The notes under the pieces were generated by a model. The model ran no database searches, was not told the origin of the DNA, and saw only the letters and a program-made list of their open reading frames with translations. A DNA stretch of 10,316 bases, from positions 55,307 to 65,622 of the forward strand of contig JBDGSJ010000013.1 in the NCBI GenBank assembly GCA_042217585.1. The letters run 5' to 3'. The position numbers were made by a program, and so were the translations under genes. This DNA is from Candidatus Nanohaloarchaea archaeon. GTDB taxonomy: Archaea; Nanohalarchaeota; Nanosalinia; Nanosalinales; Nanosalinaceae. Below are positions 1 to 6,616 of this stretch, piece by piece; the first letter of the stretch is position 1; the number at the start of each line of letters is the position of its first letter.

Positions 1-10
1 ACGGAATGGT

Positions 11-1684
11 TTACATCATTCCGCCCATTCCCCCCATTCCGCCGCCGGGCATTCCCCCGCCGCCGGATGGAGGTCCGCCTGCCTCGTCTCCACCGTCGGA
101 GTCGAATCCTGAGGCGGAGATGACGTCGTCGATCCTGAGGATCATCTCGGCGGATTCAGACGCTGAGGAGACCGCCTGGGTCTTGATCTGGAGCGGCTCG
201 ACGACTCCCTTGTCGAACAGTTTCTGGGACTGTCCGGAGGTGACGTCGATCCCTGCCCAGACGTCGCCGTCGTCGTGTCTGTTCCTGAGGTCGACCAGGG
301 TGTCGATCGGGTCGAACCCTGCGTTCTCGGCGAGGGTCCTCGGTACGACCTCGAGGGCGTCGGCGAAGGCGTTGATGGCGAGCTGTTCTCTGCCGCCGAC
401 CGAGTCGGCGTAGTCGCGGAGTTCCTGTGCGAGTTCGACCTCTGTAGCTCCGCCGCCTCCAACGACCTTTCCGTTTCTGAGTGCCGAGGAAACGCCTCCG
501 ATGGCGTCCTCCATTGCTCTCTCGATCTCGTCGACGACGTGCTCGGTTCCGCCGCGGATCAGGACCGATACGGACTTCGCCTCGGGGCAGTCCTGGACGA
601 AGGTCATGGCATCTCCGCCGACTCTTTTCTCTTCTACGCTGCCTGCCTCGCCGAGGTCCTCCTCTTCCATGTCTTCGATGTTGGTGACGACGTTGGCTCC
701 TGTCGCCTTGGCGAGATTCTCGACGTCCGAGGTGGAGACCCGCCTGATGGCGAGGATGCCTTTCTTGGCGAGGTAGTGCTGTGCGATGTCGTCGATGCCT
801 TTCTGGCAGAGGACGACGTTCGCGCCGACCTCCTCAAGCTTGTTGACCATCTCCTTGAGCTGTTCTTCCTCCTGCTCGACGAATCCCTGTAGCTGGGACG
901 GGTCCGAGATGTTGATCTCGGCGTCGGTCTCGGTCTCCTTGACCTCGATGGGTGTCTTGAGGAGGGCGATGTTCGCGTCCTCCACGTTGGTCGGCATCTG
1001 GGAGTGGACCTTCTCCTTGTCCAGGATGACTCCCTGTACGAGCTCGGTGTCCTCCACGGAGCCGCCCTGGTTCTTCTCCAGCTTGACCATTTCGGAGTCG
1101 ATGACTGTGGCGTCTCCCTGTTCCTCTGCGACCTGCTCGACCGCATTGACCGCGATCTCGGCGAGGTATTCCCTGGCTGCCTCGGCGCTCTTTCCTGTCA
1201 TGGCGGTCATGGCGACCTTCTGGAGGAGTTCTTCGTCGCCGAGGGAGACGTCCTCGGATATGTCGTCTAGGGCCTCTGTGCTCTTCTCCCGGGCCATCCT
1301 GTAGCCCTTGGTGATTATCGTTGGATGGATCTCCTGGTCCAGCAGGTCCTCTGCCTGCTTCAGCAGTTCTCCTGCGAGGACCACCGCGGTGGTCGTTCCG
1401 TCGCCGACCTCTTCTTCCTGGGTCTGTGCGACTTCGACCATCATCTGGGCCGCGGGGTGTTCCAGATCCATCTCTTCAAGTATCGTTACCCCGTCGTTCG
1501 TCACCACGAGATCTCCGACCGAGTCGACCATCATCTTGTCCATCCCCTTCGGTCCGAGCGTGGTCCGTACGGCTTTAGAAACGGTTTTGCATGCTGCGAT
1601 ATTGTTTTCCTGAGCGTCTTCGCCGGTCTGACGCTGTGCGTCTTCCGACATTACGAAGATCGGTTGTCCTCCTAGTCCTGGCAT
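11..1684 (-). CDS. ths: Thermosome subunit (group II chaperonin, Cpn60/TCP-1 family)
   Basis: 557 aa. Motifs [31 protein letters not shown] (ATP-binding), [19 protein letters not shown] and a C-terminal GGM-repeat tail. Alpha versus beta subunit cannot be determined by eye. Confidence 0.97.
   Translation of the reverse strand: MPGLGGQPIFVMSEDAQRQTGEDAQENNIAACKTVSKAVRTTLGPKGMDKMMVDSVGDLVVTNDGVTILEEMDLEHPAAQMMVEVAQTQEEEVGDGTTTAVVLAGELLKQAEDLLDQEIHPTIITKGYRMAREKSTEALDDISEDVSLGDEELLQKVAMTAMTGKSAEAAREYLAEIAVNAVEQVAEEQGDATVIDSEMVKLEKNQGGSVEDTELVQGVILDKEKVHSQMPTNVEDANIALLKTPIEVKETETDAEINISDPSQLQGFVEQEEEQLKEMVNKLEEVGANVVLCQKGIDDIAQHYLAKKGILAIRRVSTSDVENLAKATGANVVTNIEDMEEEDLGEAGSVEEKRVGGDAMTFVQDCPEAKSVSVLIRGGTEHVVDEIERAMEDAIGGVSSALRNGKVVGGGGATEVELAQELRDYADSVGGREQLAINAFADALEVVPRTLAENAGFDPIDTLVDLRNRHDDGDVWAGIDVTSGQSQKLFDKGVVEPLQIKTQAVSSASESAEMILRIDDVISASGFDSDGGDEAGGPPSGGGGMPGGGMGGMGGMM
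14..75 (-). repeat. Low-complexity coding repeat: Gly/Met-rich C-terminal tail of the thermosome
   Basis: Encodes [22 protein letters not shown]; repeated ccattcc/ccgccg units on the + strand. Confidence 0.85.
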
Positions 1685-1687
1685 AGT

Positions 1688-1697
1688 GATTTCACCT
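1688..1697 (-). promoter_or_regulatory. Shine-Dalgarno site of thermosome gene (AGGTGA within AGGTGAAATC)
   Basis: Minus strand reads caaAGGTGAaatcactATG; GGTGA complements the archaeal 16S rRNA 3' end. Confidence 0.75.
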
Positions 1698-1726
1698 TTG
1701 AACAGTTTTGATGATGTATGTAAAAA

Positions 1727-1734
1727 TATTTAAA
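1727..1734 (-). promoter_or_regulatory. TATA box of thermosome promoter (TTTAAATA)
   Basis: Minus strand ggagagTTTAAATAttttt with a purine-rich BRE-like run upstream. Lies 43-50 nt before the ATG, implying a ~20 nt leader that contains the SD. Confidence 0.7.
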
Positions 1735-1757
1735 CTCTCCGACAGCGCGCCTCAAAC

Positions 1758-1770
1758 CCTGTATAACAGG
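1758..1770. repeat. Short inverted repeat CCTGT-ATA-ACAGG immediately after the gatE stop codon
   Basis: Perfect 5-3-5 dyad seen directly; function (3' hairpin or operator upstream of the ths promoter) unknown. Confidence 0.45.
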
Positions 1771-3639
1771 TTATTCAGCCCGTTCCTGCAGTTCCTCTCG
1801 CAGTATCTCCGATACCGTGCCGCCCGAGGCATCGACCCTCCCCATGACGACCCCCATCAGGGCGCCCTGGGCGTGCATACCCTGCTCCTCCACGAGCTCT
1901 TCCTTCTCGTCAAGGACCTGCCTGACCGTTTCACGGACTTCTTCCTCGCTGGATTTACCCGCTATTACCTCCTCTATCGCCTCTTCCGGGTCCTCAGGGT
2001 TCTCGGCCATCTCCCCGAGGACCTCCTCTATGTCTCCCTTCTCGATGTCGCCCTCGGAGTACGCGTCGAAGACCGCGGTGAAGTGCCGGTCCTCAAGTCT
2101 CTCGACCGGTACGTCGTCGGATTCGAGCCGGGGGAGGTAGTTCGTTAAGACGTTTGCGACGAGTTTCGTTTCCGCCCTTTCCGTGAACCTCTCGAACATC
2201 TGGAGGTCCTCGGAGTAGACTATCTGCCGGGCGAGTTCCTCGCCTATCTCCTCAGAGTACCTCTCGTATTTCTCGTCGAGGGTGTCGGGGAGGTCCTGGT
2301 CTATCTCCCTGATCCTCTGGTCCGTGACCTGTATCGCGGGGATGTCGGTCTCGGGGTACATCCTGGCGCTTCCGGGCAGCGGCCTCATGTAGCTGGTGGT
2401 GAAGTTCTGCTCCGCATCCCGTGTTTCCTCCGGGATCTCGCCGGTGTAGAGTTTTTCTGCTCTTTCACGGACTGCTTCTGCGGCGTTCTCCGCCTTCTCC
2501 TCGGGAGCGGCGATCACAGCTATCACGTCGTCCTCGCCCTTGTCGAGTTCTTCCGCGAGTTCTTCGAACTCGTCCTCCAGTCCGTAGTTACCGAGGTCCT
2601 CGTCGGTGTGCAGTATCCCCTGGACGCCGCGGCTCTTCGCGTAGTCGACAAGTTCCTTCGCGAGGTATCTTTCGCCGGAGATCTTCTGTTTCATCCTTCC
2701 GGCGAGGTCCGGAAGCCTGAGTGCGTGGACTGCGCCGTCGTTCTCGAGGACTGTCGAGACTATCTGGTTCTCCGTCCCCCGGAAAACGTCTGAGACCTCC
2801 CTGACCACTGCGTGGTGCTCCCCGGGAAGCTCTTCTCCGATTTCCAGCAGGTTTTTCTGCCTGAGGACCTCGTTCCTTATAAGTTTCTCCAGGTTGTCCA
2901 CATCCTGGAAACCCTTTATCTCGACCCGTGCTCCTCCTTCTATGGAGACGTTGACGTCCTGCCGGATCGTTCCGATCCCTCTTCTCGCCTTTCCCGTGGA
3001 CCGGAGAAGCATACCGAGCTCCTTGGCGACCTGTTCGGCGTGTTCCGGGTCCTTTATCGATGCGTCGGTCCCTATCTCGATCAGGGGTACTCCGAGCCTG
3101 TTGAGGTCGTAGACGGCTTTTTCCTCGCCCCGGGAGTGGATGCCGGCGGACTCCTCCTCGAGTTCGATGTCCTCGATCGAGACCTTCCCTTTCTCGACCT
3201 CGAGTTCTCCGTCAAGGCCGACCATGGCGGTCCTCTGAAAGCCGGAGGTGTTGGAGCCGTCGACCACCATCTTCCTCATGACCTGTATCTCCTCCGGGAC
3301 CTCGGCGTCCACCATCCGGGCGAACGTCAGCGCGGTCTCCAGCGCCTCCTCGTCCATCTCGTGGGGCGGTTCCTCGTCAAGCTCGACCAGGCAGTTGTTC
3401 CTCCGGTAGTAGTTGTAGACGAACTTCGTGGATTTCTGTGCCTCGACCTCGGCGGCCTCGTCCCTCTCCCCGGTCTCCCCGGTGACGGACTTGAGGTACC
3501 GTGACACCTGCCGGTCCGCCGCCTCGTCCTGGAGGTCGACCGGGCAGTCACAGAAAAGTTTTGTCTCTGTCGCGAGCTGTTGATGTATCTCGATTCCGCA
3601 TCTGAATCCCAGTTCGTCGTAGTCCACGTCTTCAGTCAT
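1771..3639 (-). CDS. gatE: Glu-tRNA(Gln) amidotransferase subunit E
   Basis: 622 aa. GIEIHQQL, KLFCDCP, CLVELDEEPPH, MRKMVVDGSNTSGFQRT, RRGIGTIRQDVNVSI, AspRS-like (GAD) insertion with GILHTDE, EETR, RPLPGSARMYPETDIP, C-terminal Yqey-like GALMGVVM. SD GGGTGA 6 nt before the ATG. Confidence 0.97.
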   Translation of the reverse strand: MTEDVDYDELGFRCGIEIHQQLATETKLFCDCPVDLQDEAADRQVSRYLKSVTGETGERDEAAEVEAQKSTKFVYNYYRRNNCLVELDEEPPHEMDEEALETALTFARMVDAEVPEEIQVMRKMVVDGSNTSGFQRTAMVGLDGELEVEKGKVSIEDIELEEESAGIHSRGEEKAVYDLNRLGVPLIEIGTDASIKDPEHAEQVAKELGMLLRSTGKARRGIGTIRQDVNVSIEGGARVEIKGFQDVDNLEKLIRNEVLRQKNLLEIGEELPGEHHAVVREVSDVFRGTENQIVSTVLENDGAVHALRLPDLAGRMKQKISGERYLAKELVDYAKSRGVQGILHTDEDLGNYGLEDEFEELAEELDKGEDDVIAVIAAPEEKAENAAEAVRERAEKLYTGEIPEETRDAEQNFTTSYMRPLPGSARMYPETDIPAIQVTDQRIREIDQDLPDTLDEKYERYSEEIGEELARQIVYSEDLQMFERFTERAETKLVANVLTNYLPRLESDDVPVERLEDRHFTAVFDAYSEGDIEKGDIEEVLGEMAENPEDPEEAIEEVIAGKSSEEEVRETVRQVLDEKEELVEEQGMHAQGALMGVVMGRVDASGGTVSEILREELQERAE

Positions 3640-3953
3640 CTTTCTTCACCCGAGTGCTCCGCCTGGAGCATTATCGCCGCCTGCCTGAGCGTGAGGTCCT
3701 TTTCAGGGTCAAGCATGACAGGTATCCCGTTCTTCACTCTTACCTTTTCCCCCTGGACCTCGTAGGGCTCTTCGACGAGCATGTCGTCCAGCCACTCACG
3801 TATCCTCGAGCCGGATCTCGCCGCGGTATAGTTCGCGGAGGCTCTATCGGCTACTTCCCCGGCGGCCTCCGCCGTCCCGAACCTGTACACGTTGGTACTG
3901 CTCAAACCGTTTCCATCCACGAGCTCGTAGCTGTAGTCCTCAGGACCTGTCAT
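3636..3953 (-). CDS. Hypothetical protein (105 aa), translationally coupled to gatE
   Basis: ATGA overlaps at both ends (3950-3953 with the kinase stop, 3636-3639 with the gatE start); acidic composition like its neighbours; no recognised motif. Confidence 0.8.
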   Translation of the reverse strand: MTGPEDYSYELVDGNGLSSTNVYRFGTAEAAGEVADRASANYTAARSGSRIREWLDDMLVEEPYEVQGEKVRVKNGIPVMLDPEKDLTLRQAAIMLQAEHSGEER

Positions 3954-4480
3954 ACTATCTTTTCGACCTCTTCCTCAAGTTCTTCCACGGTTTTCCCCTC
4001 GTTCCTGACCAGGTGGTCGCTGAGAGCCATCATCTTCCCGACCCCCTGCTCTATCTCCCTGAGGTCCCGGTCGTGGAACTCCTGGCCCTCGACATCTTCC
4101 TCCCGCTGGCGCTCCTCCTTCCTGTTTTTCCGTGTCTCGCGGGACGCCCAAACCGCGACGACTTCTATATCCTCTCCGGTCTCCTTCTCGAAGTGTTTTT
4201 TCTCGGACCATCCCCTCATCCCGGTTATCACTATCCGGTCCCTCTCCTCCATCATCTCCTCGAGGTAGGGGACCGAGATCTGTGCGATGGCGTCCCTGCC
4301 ATGCTCGTCCCTCATCTGGCTCACGAACTCTCCGGTCCTTTCCGCGGGTATATCTCTCCTCTCCATCTCTATTCTCACTATGTTCCCCATGTCGAGGACC
4401 GTGAAACCTTTTTCCCCCATCATCTCCGCCACAGTGGTCTTGCCGGCGAGCGGCATACCTGTAACGCCGTAGATCTCCAT
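3950..4480 (-). CDS. P-loop NMP-kinase-fold protein, UPF0200/COG0237 (dephospho-CoA kinase-like) family
   Basis: 176 aa. N-terminal Walker A GMPLAGKT, MGxxVR, lid-like RxxRxxxRxRxxD and RDxRE...G.G...A.SD..V.N pattern of archaeal UPF0200. Starts 1 nt after the upstream TGA with GAGGT SD. Confidence 0.85.
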   Translation of the reverse strand: MEIYGVTGMPLAGKTTVAEMMGEKGFTVLDMGNIVRIEMERRDIPAERTGEFVSQMRDEHGRDAIAQISVPYLEEMMEERDRIVITGMRGWSEKKHFEKETGEDIEVVAVWASRETRKNRKEERQREEDVEGQEFHDRDLREIEQGVGKMMALSDHLVRNEGKTVEELEEEVEKIV

Positions 4481-4481
4481 C

Positions 4482-4739
4482 TCAGCGGTACCTCGGTCCT
4501 TTCCTTATCTCGTCTTTTATCACGGTTTTCGCCACCTGGTACTCCGTGAAGTCGTCGATGCTTTTCGTCTCTATACCGGTCTGCTTCATGAACCGGGACG
4601 GGTTTTCAAGCTCGTCTCCGTTCTCGTAGGAGACGCACATCGCAAACTCCTTCAGTATATCCTCAAGTCTTTCGCTGTTCCCTTCCTCGAGGAACTGCTT
4701 CGCCTTTTCATCGAACTCGTCCAGCTCCCTTTCAGTCAC
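4482..4739 (-). CDS. Hypothetical protein (85 aa), GTG start, coupled to gatD
   Basis: Strong SD GGAGGT ~9 nt before the GTG; 8-nt overlap with the gatD stop; fills the gap exactly; acidic and helical-looking sequence. Confidence 0.8.
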   Translation of the reverse strand: MTERELDEFDEKAKQFLEEGNSERLEDILKEFAMCVSYENGDELENPSRFMKQTGIETKSIDDFTEYQVAKTVIKDEIRKGPRYR

Positions 4740-6033
4740 TGAACACCGACCTCCGGGTTATCTCGCCGGAGAAATCCTTCCTGAACTTCTCCCGGGCCTC
4801 TTCAAGGTCTTCAGAGTTCCCGAGAGACCACACCAGTTTCACGTAGGCGAGTTCCGGGTGCATGTCCTCCGCCTGGATCACTCCGGCCTGCTGGATTTTC
4901 AGGCCAGCATCGTAGACATTCATGTTTATCCTTCCGTTGACGCACTGTGAGGCCATCACGACGACGGCCTGGTCCGCCAGCTCGTCGATCTTCTCCAGTA
5001 TCTCATCGTGGTGCTGCGTCTTTTCATCGAAAGCGTTCACCGGCATGTGGCCGAGCCCGGTCCCCTCTATTATCACGCCGCTGTAATCCTTCTCGAGAAG
5101 GAAATCTATCTCATCGGGTTCCATCCCGGGACGGACCTTCAGGTATCCGACGTCGGAATCGAGGTCGGTCCTCTTCCTGTACTCTCCCGCGGGGTTCTCG
5201 TAGTCCTCGTCGATCACCTCGCCCTCTTCGTAGTCGACCCTTCCTATAGGCTCGGTGTTTACCGGGCTGAACGCGTCCCTCCTTGAGGTGTGCATCTTGC
5301 GGACCTTGTTCGCCGGCATGATGTCACAGGTCGTGTCAGAGGTCCCTGAATGCATGCAGACCCCGAATCCCTGGAAATCGGTCTCCGTGAGGAACTTGGC
5401 GGCGCAGTAAAGGTTCATCGCCGCGTCGCTGGAGGGCCTGTCGCTGGACCTCTGTGCGCCGACCAGCATCACACCGGTGTCGATGTTCTGGAGCATGAGG
5501 CTTAGCGCGGCGCCGGTGTACTGCATCGTGTCGGTCCCGTGACCCACCACTATGCCGTCGTAGTCATCCTTGACTTCGTCGATCTTCTCAGCTATCTCGA
5601 CCCAGTGACCGGGCTCCATGTCCTCGGAGAGCATCTGGGCCACGACCTCGGAATGTATGTTGACCTCCTCCGCGAGCTCCGGGTACATCTCCACCAGGTC
5701 CTCGGGATCGAACTCGGGCTTCACACCGCCCTTCTCGTAGGATATCCGGGAGGCGATGGTGCCCCCGGTGTGAAGTATCATTACATCGGGCCGATCCTCA
5801 TCGTGTTCTACAGGCGGTTTCTCGCGCTCATCCATATCTCTCTTCTCGACCAGTTCCAGTTCCTCCGGACTGACCCCCACGTTGTAACCGCTGTCAAGTT
5901 TAAGTAGCAGAACTTCTTCATCCCCGCTCTCAGGTTTGGGCATCAGTTTTCCCTTCCTTCCGTCCGCCTTCACGAGGTCGCCCACCTCGATACCCTCCGA
6001 ATCCAGCATTTCCTGTATCTCTGGCGAATACAT
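4732..6033 (-). CDS. gatD: Glu-tRNA(Gln) amidotransferase subunit D (asparaginase-like glutaminase)
   Basis: GatD N-domain (GKLMP, KLDSGYNVG), HTGGTIASR, HGTDTM, GAQRSSDRPSSDA, RKMHTSRRDAF, EGTGLGH, DMHPELAYVKL. Start moved from 6072 to the ATG at 6033 (MYSPE...) because the extra 13 codons span the TATA box. Confidence 0.96.
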   Translation of the reverse strand: MYSPEIQEMLDSEGIEVGDLVKADGRKGKLMPKPESGDEEVLLLKLDSGYNVGVSPEELELVEKRDMDEREKPPVEHDEDRPDVMILHTGGTIASRISYEKGGVKPEFDPEDLVEMYPELAEEVNIHSEVVAQMLSEDMEPGHWVEIAEKIDEVKDDYDGIVVGHGTDTMQYTGAALSLMLQNIDTGVMLVGAQRSSDRPSSDAAMNLYCAAKFLTETDFQGFGVCMHSGTSDTTCDIMPANKVRKMHTSRRDAFSPVNTEPIGRVDYEEGEVIDEDYENPAGEYRKRTDLDSDVGYLKVRPGMEPDEIDFLLEKDYSGVIIEGTGLGHMPVNAFDEKTQHHDEILEKIDELADQAVVVMASQCVNGRINMNVYDAGLKIQQAGVIQAEDMHPELAYVKLVWSLGNSEDLEEAREKFRKDFSGEITRRSVFSD

Positions 6034-6058
6034 ACAGAAAACTGGTACGATGTGAAAG

Positions 6059-6066
6059 CTTAATAA
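6059..6066 (-). promoter_or_regulatory. TATA box of gatD operon (TTATTAAG), probably leaderless transcript
   Basis: Lies 26-33 nt upstream of ATG 6033 with no SD, the spacing expected for leaderless mRNA. Confidence 0.65.
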
Positions 6067-6084
6067 TCTCACCGAAGCCGGTCT

Positions 6085-6516
6085 TTACTCCACCACTACC
6101 ACTCCCTGGTGGTAGGGTGCCCTGTGATTGTGGTACTCCCACGTACCGGTCCTGTTAAAGGCGAAGTAGTACACTTTCCCTGCGCCCTGCTGGTCGAACA
6201 CCGGTTCTCCGCCTTCAGTTCCGTACTCCCTGTGAGTGGGATGGTCGTTCGACGCGACCCACATGCTGCCGGACCTCGCCACCCACTTCACGGTGTCACC
6301 CTTATCTACCGTGACCCTCTCCGGGCTGAAACCGTCAGAAGTATAGTTTATCACGACATCCGCCTCCGCAGAGCCGGGTCCCTCATCGCCGCCCGCATCA
6401 TCCGGCGCAGGACCCTGATCCGACGGCTGATCCGCTACTCCCGACGAATGGACGCATCCCGAGAAAGCCACGAGAAGACCGACCAGGAGGACCGGCACCA
6501 GGTTCTCTGGATTCAC
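6085..6516 (-). CDS. Cupredoxin/plastocyanin-fold lipoprotein lacking the type-1 copper cysteine
   Basis: Hydrophobic signal ending in lipobox FSG-C; acidic P/G/D linker; cupredoxin pattern GFSPERVTVDKGDTVKWV...FAFNRTGTWEY...GVVVVE. GTG start is less certain. Confidence 0.8.
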   Translation of the reverse strand: MNPENLVPVLLVGLLVAFSGCVHSSGVADQPSDQGPAPDDAGGDEGPGSAEADVVINYTSDGFSPERVTVDKGDTVKWVARSGSMWVASNDHPTHREYGTEGGEPVFDQQGAGKVYYFAFNRTGTWEYHNHRAPYHQGVVVVE

Positions 6517-6566
6517 AAAGGCCTTAGGGGGTGGCCCGGTGATAAGAGCTTGGAATCGGTACCCTC

Positions 6567-6574
6567 TTTAAAAG
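6567..6574 (+). promoter_or_regulatory. TATA box of rnj (TTTAAAAG) in the divergent intergenic region
   Basis: 43-50 nt upstream of ATG 6617; near-palindromic context tctttaaaaga. Confidence 0.6.
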
Positions 6575-6604
6575 ATTCGGTCCTCCCTATCTTCAATATA
6601 AACT

Positions 6605-6614
6605 AGGTGAAATC
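6605..6614 (+). promoter_or_regulatory. Shine-Dalgarno site of rnj (AGGTGA within AGGTGAAATC)
   Basis: actAGGTGAaatcgaATG. Confidence 0.75.
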
Positions 6615-6616
6615 GA

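Noticed and set aside
14..75. Gly/Met repeat as a novel repeat element
   Set aside because: Well-known GGM tail of chaperonins.
6..1675. Long antisense and alternate-frame ORFs over the thermosome (also over gatE, gatD, rnj, gltX)
   Set aside because: Shadow ORFs expected from GC-rich, biased codon usage; Ser/Arg/Leu-rich translations with no motifs or start signals.
3631..3638. ttcagtca shared by the gatE start region and the gatD/orf85 junction (4731-4738)
   Set aside because: Explained by both proteins starting M-T-E at start/stop overlaps.
6034..6072. N-terminal extension MRLLSFHIVPVFC of GatD in the ORF track
   Set aside because: It overlaps the TATA box; the ATG at 6033 gives a normal GatD N-terminus.
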